A DNA stretch of 64,000 nt from Epiperipatus broadwayi. Its lineage: Eukaryota; Animalia; Onychophora. Every line of letters begins with the position of its first letter. Positions within the stretch are counted from its first letter, which is position 1. The translations under genes and the position numbers were made by a program. The notes beneath the pieces were generated by a model. The model saw nothing but the letters and a program-made list of their open reading frames with translations, did no database searches and was not told the DNA's origin. The stretch is taken from the NCBI GenBank assembly GCA_028023455.1, contig JAQFVV010000002.1, forward strand, positions 18,290,001-18,354,000, written 5' to 3'. Below are positions 52,651 to 64,000 of this stretch, piece by piece.

Positions 52651-53204
52651 CGATCTGTGATAATTTAATTCTCAGAATGGTCATGTGATATCAGCGTTGG
52701 ATTAATTGTATTAAAATTACATGAGTATTAAACATTCATGTTTAAACATGCTTAAGCTGACATGTGTGTAGAATATCAGCTGAAAGAGCTAGTTGTTAGC
52801 TGTTGAGAAGATAATAAATATTCATGCATACCTTTTGGTGTAAAAATGAATCATAGTGTACTCTTGTGAGAGAGTTTTTTGCAAAAAATCAATTATACAA
52901 CTAGACCACCCTGTGGGTTCATTTGATTTAGCTTCCTGTAATTTTTGGTTATTTCCAAAATTAAAAATTGCATTGAAAGGACAAAGATTTTGTACTATAA
53001 CTGATATCCAAAAGAATGTGAGACAGCCGCCCAACAGTATTCCTGCAAGTGTGTTTCAGGTGTGTTTCAAAAAATGGGAATGCCATTTTAATCAGGTATG
53101 GAAGAACAAGGGTACTACTTTGAAAGCAATAGTAGCCATTAATGTACATGTCCACATGCATATTTTATGAAGGTGCATTCCAGTAATTAAACTATCACAC
53201 TTTA
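52651..53204 (+). mobile_element. Internally deleted mariner element
   Basis: ORF 52856-53170 has LDHPVGSFDLASCNFWLFPKLK..LKGQRF (a degenerate HPPYSPDLAP motif). Imperfect ~28-bp TIRs with TA flanks. Confidence 0.85.
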
Positions 53205-53652
53205 TAAGTTAAACTAATTTCAAATTAAAATGTCTTGTTTGTAAAGAAATTGTTTATTTATGCAAAATTAAATAAAGTATAACCCATTAATTTTGTCAAT
53301 ATTCTTAACATTTTGTTCACTTCTAAAAATGAGTATTTATTTGTAAAATCAGTAACTTTTTGTGTGCATTGGAGAAGGTCAGCATTGCACATTTATTAAT
53401 TTTATTCCTTTAGTATTATCTAAACAACTTATTTGAACTTAAATATATGATGGTCAAACAGAAGCATGATTTATACACAGAATAGTGACAAAATCTATAT
53501 TAAAAGAATATAGTCCTATTATGTTTAGGAAGATCATAGGCATATATGTGATTTAATTTACCAATGCCCTCTGACACTGAAAAACATTGCATTTGTATTC
53601 AAAATTAATTATTTCAAAATCACATAATATTAATATCATCTGTATTCCTTAT

Positions 53653-54140
53653 TACTTTTTACAATGGTTTTTTACAACTCACTACTGACAGTTTTAATTG
53701 CCCCAGCAATCTTCTTCAGAACTTCTACTATATCTTCTTCTTTACTTTTTTTGCATTCCTTTACATATATATGACTTATAATCAATCTCCACTTTAATGC
53801 AATTTTTTTTTATATAATTCCTTTAATTTCCTAAAAGTTTTGACTGTCCTGCAGTCTTCATCAGAGCACTTGCATAACCTTCCTCACAATTCAATGCAAT
53901 TTTTTTTATATAATTACTGTTATGTGAGTGCTCTGATGAAGGCTGCAGGACAGTCGAAAGTGTTAGGAAATTAAAGGAGTTATATAAAAAAATTTGCATT
54001 AAAGCATATATGTGGAGATTGATTATAAGTAATATGTATATGAATAACTTCTACTATATAAGTAGAAGTTTTGAAGGAGATTGTTGAAGCAATCGAAACT
54101 GTCAATAGTGGGTTGTAAAAAAGCATTATAAAAATAGTAA
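53653..54140. mobile_element. Nested palindrome with two different hammerheads per arm
   Basis: H2-type cores at 53685-53719(-) and 54071-54104(+). H1-type cores at 53830-53864(-) and 53933-53967(+). Confidence 0.85.
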
Positions 54141-55349
54141 ATGGATTTGGCAATGAAATAAGAAAGATAAAGTTATAATACTTCATGAAGAAGATATTTC
54201 AAAATCACATAGAGTAAAAAAGATGATCAAAAGTAATAGTTTCCATCTAATATTAGCACAAAGAAAAATAGTTGATAAACCATATATTAATACTAGAGCA
54301 AATTCTAAGTACATTGTATTTGAAAAGTAGACATTTTGTTTGTTTTGTTGCTGTAGATAGTTATATGTCTGTTAGCTGCCATTCTGAAAAAGCTCGATGT
54401 GAACATGATAGTTGGAATAAAAGAAAAGAAAAATTGGTAATACCAGGGGAGGGGGGATTTCATTTCAGAGAAAATTGTTAGAGTATATTTATTGATGAAA
54501 ACAATAAAAGTGAAAGTGACCCCCTCCCCCCCAGTTAATGAGATAATTCTAGCTTCATTTAACTTGACATTCTTAAATATTCAATTATCAAACAAAACTA
54601 ATCTAGTTTTCCGTTGGAACAATGGTTTTTCATTGAAGAAGAAAACTATTTTACTCACCAGAAGTCAGGTTTGAAAATCAAAATCTCTTTAATAATTCTA
54701 TTAAAAAAAATACACAATGATAAGAACGCAGATATTTTAATAAAAAAAAGAATCTCTGCAAAAGCTGTTTTCCAAAATAAATGCATACATTAATACAATA
54801 CTGATGAAATTTTTAGTAAAATGACTTTATTTAAAAATTATAACTCTGGAACTTTAGCAGTCACTAAGATTTTTGCAATTTTACTTCATATCTATATTTA
54901 AAAAAATAATTACTTGATTGTTCCCATACTATAAATATTATAGACCAGTAAATAAGGAATAAATTGTGTCCAAAACGTCCAATAAGATAAGACAAAAGAT
55001 GACTAGTGGGTTTTTGGATAAGAACTAATTTTTAACATCAACAAGTTTGACTATAAAAGAATTAAAGTTATCTAAAAAATGTCATCTAATATGTGATTAG
55101 TAGAGTCATGCTCACAAAAATACTTTCTAAACCTCAATTTAAATACAACTATTTTATTTTATCAACAAAAGTCATGTAGATTGTTAATTCAAAAACTAAA
55201 TAAATATATTTAAAAATTTTAAAAAAACCCAATAAAATGACAATTGATATGGAGATTAAATATTTGTGTATATATATAAATTTAATATATTAAAAATAAT
55301 AATTCAATAAAAATTATTTATTTAATCAGACAACTTTTATAATAATATA

Positions 55350-56016
55350 TTTAATTTCACCAACCCGGATTTCGCCCTATACTGGAGCCTTATCAAGATG
55401 TAAATACACTTAGTTACTATACAATTCTTTCTTTTCTACAGCATCTCCACCTACAGGCTTCATTTTATATTACAATATCAAAGATAAAACAAATCTTCTA
55501 TTTCCTATTCATCACATACATAAACAATTATACATAATATTTACATATAATATTTATACATAATATTTGTCTAAATCATAATCATATATTTACATTATAC
55601 AATCACACATTTATACCTTAATATCATTCATAAATTTCCCAATCTTTCTTTCCTTATATACATATATAACCATATTTAATATTTTAAACCCAACATAATT
55701 ACAATGATAATCATCCATATAAATATATACACATAATTTACTTATAATTATACCAAACTTAAATTAAATTTTCCAGCTATCTAACAACACCCATTTTCCA
55801 GCCAACTTTACAGGACCTTTAACCATATTCATACATTTTTCAAAATTCTCCTGTATATACAAAGTTTCATAACATACCCTCCCACTATACTTCTTTATAT
55901 ATTTAATCACTCGAATGTTTTTTTCACAACTCATTCTATGCCAGTATTCAAAAAATGTACATAAATCCCTGATCTCATATCCTTCCTCCTAATTGCCCTA
56001 TCATGTTCTTTACCTC
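55350..56016 (-). mobile_element. Second Penelope-like 3' end (GIY-YIG C-terminus, AT-rich UTR and hammerhead)
   Basis: Frameshifted KEHDRAIRRKDMRSGIYVHFLNTG..RVCYETLYIQ..CMN..G...W, with the stop at 55764-55766. Confidence 0.75.
55358..55400 (-). ncRNA. Minimal type I hammerhead, U3-A8 core variant
   Basis: CATC-TTGATAA-G-GCTC-CAGTATA-GGGC-GAAA-T-CCGG-G-TT|GGTG: 4-bp stem I, 4-bp stem II and a palindromic CCGG loop. Confidence 0.75.
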
Positions 56017-56849
56017 TTTTTTTTTTGATTATTTTTTGGTATATATAAATTTATCTGTATAAACATGGGTCAGTTTTTTGGATTAATTACACTATTTTAA
56101 ATAAATTACACTTGATTTTATTAATCTAAATGTATTGTTAATATTTTATAATTTAATGTAAAGTGTATTATGTATTTTTATAATATGTTTTACTATATAT
56201 AATTTTTTTTTGAATACAAATAAATGTTTTTAAAACACAAACTTTATAAAGTTAATTTATCCATTGATGGCAATTGAATTTACAATATTACTAAAAATAG
56301 ATTTTATAAAGTAGTCGCTTAAGTAGTCAAAGTAAATTTTCTGGCATACTATGCCCTTCCTGATTTAAACTGGCAAAGAATATTGGTATTTTATTTTATT
56401 ATTCTTTGCTTTTTGTATTCTGTTTATCTCATTATTACATTATTATCTCAATCAACAGAAATCCAATGTATATCAATTTATTGTAGAACCTAACTATGGC
56501 AACACTATTCATATAGAAATTAGTCTGGGAATTCAATTGACGCTTCTATTTGGTGTTTAGTGTTTCTTTGATCTTTCCTGCTTACATGAAAATCTTAAGT
56601 TATGTAAAATGAATTGATTATTACAGCTTACTATATATATATATATGTGTGTGTATTATTTTATTTTGGAGTTACAAATTTATTACAAAATATTATTTCT
56701 GTTGTACACAAAGAAAAATTGTAGGTAGTTTTATTACACTAACAGTATTAATATTAATATAGTATTTTAGTAAAAATGACTTAATATTAAAAGGAAATAT
56801 GTTTATATGTATGAAAAAAATTTTTAGATATATTTTACCAGTTTTTACT

Positions 56850-57210
56850 TGGGATTCTGAAAAACTTAACAGAAGAGCAATTCAGAGATTTTAAACTATG
56901 GAAGAATGTATGTTAAGAATAACAAGAAGACTTCAAAAACAAAATACATGGGTGAGACAACAAATAGATATCACTGACATCATTGAAAGGCTTAAGAAAC
57001 TGAATGGAGATATGCCCTACACATTTCTAGAAAATATGATAATAGATGAACAGTTGAAGTCTTAAATTGACTTCCAAGAAATTGTAATAATCTAAAAAGA
57101 GACTATATATGAGATGGATGGATGAAATAAAGAAGTTTGCTAATATGTTGTGGAGAAGAGAGGTTAAAAATTGGAGAAACTGAATCTTGCAGTGGATTGA
57201 TAGTGTTTGA
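56850..57210 (+). mobile_element. Degenerate RTE LINE 3' fragment
   Basis: Homologous to about 3960-4370 (CATGGGTGAGACAACAA..ACTGACATCATTGAAA..CAGTGGATTGATA). Confidence 0.75.
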
Positions 57211-58417
57211 AAAAAATGTTGATTATTATTAAATGTATAAAGAAGATAAAAATGACTTAAACATACCAAACTACTATAAAAATTTTATATTACTGAACTA
57301 CAGTATAAATTTATAACTTCTTATAGTAGGTTTGAATCATACTAAAGCCTACTCATATACACCTTTTTTAATGATTTAATAGTATAAGTTTACTAGAACT
57401 ATTTAACTAAGTGAAATTCTATATAATTAATTTTATTGCAGTCATAATGCCAAAATGCATTTTATATATACAGACCAGTACAAATATTATATACCAATTA
57501 AGAGCTTTAGAATTGAACAACAAATGTTGAGAAGTTGAAATTCACAGGCAAATGCTATTTTACATTTTCGGTAATTGTTTACTTGATGACATATAATACT
57601 AATTATAAGAGTAATTCAGTTTATTAAAATCCAATGCATTTTATAACATACATTAGAGTCTAATTATACACTGCATTATAGATAAAAAAAGAAGAAGCAA
57701 TATAATAAGGACAATCATAATATATATAAATATGACCTTAGAAAATTGAATCACATCACTTATTTATAAATAAATCATACAAAATTGCATACGGTTAAAT
57801 AAATCAGCAAACTTTAGTAAATAGGATTAGAAATATTAAGGTTGAGTCTGGGTTAAAGTAAAATAAAACAAAAAATTGAATATACATTATGTGCAGTATA
57901 TATCCTCTATATATGTTTAAGAGTCTATGCATAAATGTGCATTGTGTCACAGCCTTCATGTTAATTTATAGTACTTATTACAGCAAGCCTTGAATATCTC
58001 TGCATTTGTTTTTTTAAATATATGTTACAGATATCACTAGACCAAAAATATAGTAGTTTGATTACAGAACAGGTGTGACATTATTTGTAACAAAAAATTC
58101 ATTATGCAAAATATAATTTAGTTTATAAAATACAAATTTTCAAACTTCTATGTCAAATGGTACAGTTTTAGCATTAAAATCATCAAAGTCATTGTCAGTA
58201 TTTAAATAATAATAATTTTGATTAGACATTCACTAGACTAGAGATCCAATAATAAATGTTTCTGTAGTGTAATTTTCACTCTACCACTCTCACATAAGGT
58301 AGGGATTGGTCTTTGGTCTTATGTTTATGAAAGCAGACAGAAACTAGATCCTATATTGCATATAAGTAATGTAGTGAAAATTACCTACAAAAATATTATT
58401 CATTAATACGAATACTG

Positions 58418-58709
58418 ATATCTTCTCCTTTACTTTTTTTGCATTCTTTCATATATATATATATATATATATTACTTATAATCAATCTCCACATATACAC
58501 TTTAATGCAAATTTTTTTATATAATTCCTTTAATTTCCTACCAGTTTCGACTGTCCTACAATCTTCATCAGAGCACTTGCATAACCTTTCTTTTCCTTGC
58601 TCTGATGAAGACTGCATGACAGTCGAAACTGTTAGGAAATTAAAGGAATTATATAAAAAAATTTGCATTAAATTATATATGTGGAGATTGATTATAATTA
58701 ATATATATG
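58418..58709. mobile_element. Palindromic H1 element with two hammerhead motifs
   Basis: Cores at 58537-58571(-) and 58602-58636(+, CTGATGAA-GACTG-CATGA-CAGTC-GAAAC-T-GTT). Flanking AATAC(G/T)AATACTG direct repeats. Confidence 0.85.
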
Positions 58710-59399
58710 AATACTAATACTGTTTCATATAAGGAAAATATTGAAAACATTAATATATGATTGTTTTCAATCTTTTTTTCATACTTGAAACAATATTAGT
58801 ATTACGTTTATCAAATTTTAGTAATAGAGTTATTACAATGCATTTAGATAAAAATGTGTATTTTTATTAAAATCTATTGTTAAGCATAAAAAAAAGTCTA
58901 TCATATAAAAATCAACATGACATGTTTTAATGGACAAATGTAATTAACTTATTTGTTGTTTTAATAAAATGCTGTAGTTAAATCATTTAATAAATATTGT
59001 TAAATCATTTATTAATAGTAAGATATTTATCAATAATATCCTGGAGCAAAATTGTCCAAAATATTGCTCATAGGCCACATTGACCCCCTATCATTATCAT
59101 TGTCATCTATAAGAATAGAATTTGCTATAAACAGTTAGTAACTGAAACCAAACTATTGCAAAAATCTCTTTCTAAAATGATATATTATAAACAATTATTT
59201 TTATCTTGTCTATTGTTTCCGTAAAAAAATTTATAATCAGCATAACTTTTTCTTTTTTTATATTTTTGAAAAGACCCCTAAACCTAACAATAGAGGGACA
59301 TTTCGATAATTTAATATATGTAACTGTATTTAATATTTTGAATATGACCCTTGGATATATATTTTTTAAGGTGACTTTTTAATTACTTAAAGTTGGACG

Positions 59400-60200
59400 G
59401 CCTTGATGTGAGTAGATAAAAAGGCTACTGTTGAATTTTGAAAAACATGTTATTTTGTCCAACAGATGGTTTGTCTACAAAATTAGAAAGAACCTATTTA
59501 TCAGATATTTGTTAGAAAATTGGAAATGTGGTATTTAGTTGGAAAAGGGTTCTTAAAATATTGTGAGATTACCAAGCTACTAGGTTGAAATTCTGTTGAA
59601 ACTAGAAGAATAATCCTATGATAGCAACTGTAAGATTATTGGCTGATTCTAATATTATGAATTGATCATGATGATTGGAAGGTGATTAGTTAACCTTGAA
59701 AAAATATTTATTTATTATATTATTATGCAAATTTAGGAAATCTCTTATTGAAAGGGTTATGAACTACAGGCTTCTAGAAGAGTGCTAACTATTAGTCTCA
59801 TGTTATATGATTACTAAAATGTGAAAGAATGCCATGCTAAAAGAACTTACCAAATTAATCCTTGAAATAATACACTCCTATTTGTATAAGCAATTGATGT
59901 GTTACCCTAAACAAGGTCTGGAATTGTAAATTGTCTGCCTAAAAGTAAAACTGGGAATCAAACATAATGATAGATTCATAAAACAACAAATATATAATTC
60001 GACAAAAAAACTGTACAAGCAATACGAGATGGCCCTATGGAAAATTTAAATATTCTATTTAGATAGTCACAGCCAACAGAGGGAGCTTGTGCTAACTAAA
60101 AGAATGTTATTTGATTCCTCCTTGAGATCTTAATGGGATTAAGCAAAACATTTTTTAATGATCCCATGCAGCTGTTATTATTATATGATTATTCATATAG
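59400..60200 (+). pseudogene. Possible decayed gypsy integrase remnant
   Basis: Fragments KECHAKR, AIDVLP*TRSG and LGIKH occur in integrase-like order, with many stops. Confidence 0.3.
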
Positions 60201-60859
60201 TAAAAAATGTAGATGGCCTGTTCACGAACATACATTAGCCAGCATTATTTATTTGTTGGTTTTTCACATCTGAGTTTAAGATCAAAAAACATTTTCTCAG
60301 ATGCCTGATAGTTCTTAACTAAAATATTAGTTGAGATTTTTTGAAAGCAGGACAAATGTGGATGTGAATAAACTTTAAGCTATTTACAATCACAGCATAC
60401 AAAATTAAATTATAACTCTTATTCCTAAGAGGCTGTAAAGTCACTGACCAATGCAGTTGATAGTGAAAGACAGAGCATGCTAAGAATTCTTTTTATTGCT
60501 AACCTGGGCTGCCATTCGATGATGACTTTTTAATTACAATTGTGTATCATTTTTAAATAAGTAAATATTGCATGAATTGAAAAAGGAAGTGACAAATATG
60601 TGGATTTTATGAAGTTAGAAGAAAAGTTGAAGAGATAATTTAAAAAATAGACATATATTTTATTACAAAAAAAACAACAAATATTTGAAGTGTAGATGGA
60701 GTAGGATTCATTATAAATAAATAAAGAAGAACAACATTGTGAAGATTGATAGTGTATTAGATGGAATGGAAACATTAATTATTTAAATTATTATTAAGAT
60801 ATGAAATGCAGATAATTCAAATTTATGCCCAACAAGTTCTTATTGTAATAAAAAAATAT

Positions 60860-62445
60860 AGGAATTTTATACGAATATACAAAATGGTCTTGATCAAACT
60901 ACACAACATTTACAAATTCTCATGAAAAACTTTAATGTCAGAATTGGTATGTGATTGATAATAAAAATACCATGGGAAAATTTGGTTCTGGTAATAGAAA
61001 TGAGTGATGTCACAGATTTGTGGAGTTAACAAAGAGAAAAGATGTATTTTAAGAGGATAATGTTTTTAATAGATTAAATAAACAAAATGATCATTGATTA
61101 ATGAGATGTGAGATATATGGTAGTGCAAAATGAGGAAACAAAAATTATTAAGAAAGATAGTATTAAAGTTGATATTGTTAACCATTAGAAATGCTCCAGT
61201 GAATTTAAATTAGAAACTTATTATTGTTGATTTTGAAGATGGGTCAGTTCTGATTTAAATCAATAATAAGAAAACTGATACACTATTAAGAACCACAAGA
61301 AAGAGAGCTGATATATAAAAGTAGAATTTTATCAGTAAATTTTCTACTGAGAAAAGATAATGTATAAAGAAAAGAATGGATTTGATTTTTTTTTTAAAAA
61401 AAAAAAAAAAAATCATTTAAGAAAAAAATTGTTGCACGAAAAAAAATTAATAATTATATAAGATGATTTGGCAAGGAAAGCTATAAAAGGGAATAAAAAT
61501 CTCAAAAGTGTAAAACAATATCTTAGTATTCGAAGAAAAGTTATTTCTAATAAGAAGACAGAAATGACATCATGTCTATAAGAATTATATATATCACATG
61601 ATCATTATTTCTTATGCTAGCACATTACTTTTATTAAACAGTCAAAACTTTCCATATAGTAGTGACACTCAGTGCCAATCAGAGTAATCAATGGATGCCA
61701 GAAGGCCTGTGCATAAAATCCCTATCTAGTGCCTACTCATCCAATATCCCCAGACTAGTTTCTGGCCTGTGGCCTTTGTCAGTGAGGAGAATCGTCCAAT
61801 ATCCCCAGACTAGTTTCTGGCTTGTGGTCTTCATCAGCGAGGAGCTCCCCACTGATGAAGGCCACAAGGCAGTCTGGGGATATTGGATGAGTAGGCACTA
61901 GATAGGGGTTTTATGCACAAGCCTTCTGGCATCCATTGATTACTCTGGTTGGCACTGAGTGGCACTACTATATGGAGAGTTTTGCCCATTTAAGAATTAT
62001 ATTGTAATAAAAAAACTAAATAAAAAATAAAGTATCTGCTACAGTTGTTACATTTTCTGAATTGCCTAGTATTTTAAATAAAAAGGTGAAATATACAATT
62101 ATACTTATAAAGAGAATAAAAACTTCAGGAAGTGACGAAATTGTGATTGATATCTTTAAAAAAAGCAGGTAAAAAATATTTTATTTTTTTGGTAAAGTTA
62201 TATATCAAATATCTAAATGATAAAGATGTATCAGATGATTAGACAAATACAGTAGTAATCTTGTAATCTTGATATTCTTTTATCAGTTCTATACAAAATC
62301 TTTATTAAGATGATTATAATTCATTTACATCAAACTTGAGGTTTTAACTAATTACCAGAACAAGATGGATTTAAAAGTACTTTTAGCACATTAGATCATA
62401 TCCAAGTATTGAGAGAAGTTTTAGAAAGAACCAATAAAATATAAG
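60860..62445 (+). mobile_element. Degenerate RTE LINE 5' and central part (endonuclease to RT), interrupted by family F
   Basis: FNVRIG..MGKFGSGNRNE near 60930, KTSGSDEIVID near 62120 and PEQDGFKSTFSTLDHIQVLREVLER near 62355. Confidence 0.75.
61591..61990. mobile_element. Young palindromic family F insertion with a tandem-duplicated HHR module
   Basis: 12-bp TSD TAAGAATTATAT at 61579-61590 and 61991-62002. Antisense HHR modules at 61741 and 61796 (55-nt period). A deleted sense HHR lies near 61852. Confidence 0.85.
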
Positions 62446-62473
62446 TTATAAAAAAAAAGAGTACTGAGATTTA

Positions 62474-62515
62474 AAGCTCTGATGATGACTGCTGGACAGT
62501 TGAAACTGTAAGGGA
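62474..62515 (+). ncRNA. Solitary H1-type hammerhead motif
   Basis: CTGATGAT-GACTG-CTGGA-CAGTT-GAAAC-T-GTA|AG starting at 62479. Confidence 0.65.
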
Positions 62516-63269
62516 ATAAAATAGATCATATGTTAAACTGCATTGTAAAGTATCATTTAAGGTGTATATGGTGTATTATATTAAAATATATGCTGTTAGT
62601 ATGCTTTGGATTGGTACATTATGAGAAGGAGTTTAATTGATGAGCTTTCCTACTATGATTAAAGAATTGTTTATCTGAGATAATTCTTTAATGTAAAGCA
62701 TTAAAAAAAAGACACACCGAAAGAGCTTCATTTTTGCTAGTTGACCTACCTCTATTCTTGCATGCAGATGTCTTCTGGCAATATGTTTCTAATAAAAATG
62801 TTTTTTAAAAAATTATTGTAAATCAAATATTATGCAAGAAAAACTTTCATAAATTATAATTTATCAAAAATAAAAATTCATTATTAAATATTAATTCATT
62901 ATTATATTATTCAAAAATGAAGGGTAAATTTAAAAATGTATTCTTTTCAAGTAAAAGAGTTTATTTACGAAGTCAAGTATCAAGCAAATGGAAAGTTACT
63001 CTGAAGCTAAATGAATAAAGACAAACAAATCAATAAGCAATATAAAAAGATTTATTTAGAACAACAGCAAAAAAAAATTAATACACAATATAATAAAAGA
63101 TGAAAGATAATAAATGATACATGATATTATAAAAACATTCTTGATTTTTGTGTATTGTATCTGTTGATAACTAAACGGGGGGGGGGGAGTTTTTCTTTGA
63201 ATTAGTGCAATATAAAATATTAATGAGAATGGTCATAAAATACTGACACTCTTTCTTATCTGTCCTACC

Positions 63270-64000
63270 TTTTACTTTGTGGAATCACAAAGATTTGTCT
63301 TTATTTATGGTACTGATTTCAACAATTTGTGCCATTGTCTTGTCCCATGCTGAAAATGTGTGATGTGGAAATATATGGAGAAATGCTATATCTATAGTAC
63401 TTTTACTGTGATAAGCTAAAAAGAAATCTATCTTTGTTTCTGCATAAAAAAACTAAGCTACCCTCCAGGAAACTGAAAGAAGTATAGTGCCTTGTGTTTT
63501 TGTCATGCATATAGTTTATCTCTTATTTTTGGAATATTGTGATGCCACGGATCCACTAGAGTATGATAATCCAATAGCCAAATGAAATATAAAATGTGAA
63601 GAGGTTTGAGCTTCATCTTCATAGAGGAAAAGTCACCTCTAAGGTTAAAAACATTTCAAAACTCTAAATTATCTCTAGGCCTTTTAGTGTTTTTGTGCCA
63701 TATGCAATGAATAAGCTATGAAAGCATTTGAAATAGATGTATCAAATCAATTCCAGAATAAATATAATCAGCATTTGTATTTTCTATTCCAGCCATAGTG
63801 AACTCATTTCTGATTGTCCAAATCAACATCACCCATGAAACAGTTGTATATTTTGATTGAAGGTAGATATTGTTATAAATGTAGTGTACCCTTTTTATCT
63901 TTCTATAAACAATATCATCTCTAAATGATGTATAAGCATTATTGGCCATAAGAATTGGCTTCTTATTCATCCAAATTATAAATTCAAGACCACTGTCTTT
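63270..64000 (-). pseudogene. Decayed piggyBac-like transposase C-terminal half
   Basis: WMNKKPILM..VYRKIK, then after a frameshift KIYNCFMGDVDLDNQK*VHY..RKYK..LYLFW..FD..ISNAFIAY, which matches the piggyBac YN..MGGVD..DQ pattern. Confidence 0.75.

Noticed and set aside
24707-63188. G and C homopolymer runs (about 24707, 25877, 28292, 42587, 45319, 49062, 63176)
   Set aside because: Simple microsatellites with no shared flanking context.
1928-63970. Most short ORFs in the track (e.g. 1928-2317, 35466-35732, 39364-39696, 43263-43607, 58396-58717)
   Set aside because: They are low-complexity F/I/L/K/Y-rich translations of AT-rich or palindromic repeats, or antisense frames of TEs; the mirror-image ORFs at 58.4 kb result from the palindrome.

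Overview
Very AT-rich animal (invertebrate-like) genomic DNA. The only recognisable host gene is a net/ATOH8-type bHLH transcription factor on the minus strand (46645-47418). The rest is mostly decayed mobile DNA: RTE-clade LINE fragments, tRNA-Gly-derived short SINEs, two hAT non-autonomous elements with 8-bp TSDs, a deleted mariner, and piggyBac and Ty3/gypsy remnants. The striking feature is about 30 hammerhead-ribozyme (HHR) motifs, found by eye, from at least six sequence families. Most sit in long asymmetric inverted repeats, often with 10-15 bp target-site duplications. Two Penelope-like (PLE) GIY-YIG 3' ends, plus a PLE-derived palindrome, carry HHRs whose 3-8 core pair is A3-U8 or U3-A8 instead of C3-G8. 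A non-coding ~450-nt family with a full type I HHR shows a head-to-tail junction, as expected for a retrozyme-like circular RNA. All structures were paired by hand; none has been folded computationally, searched or tested for activity.
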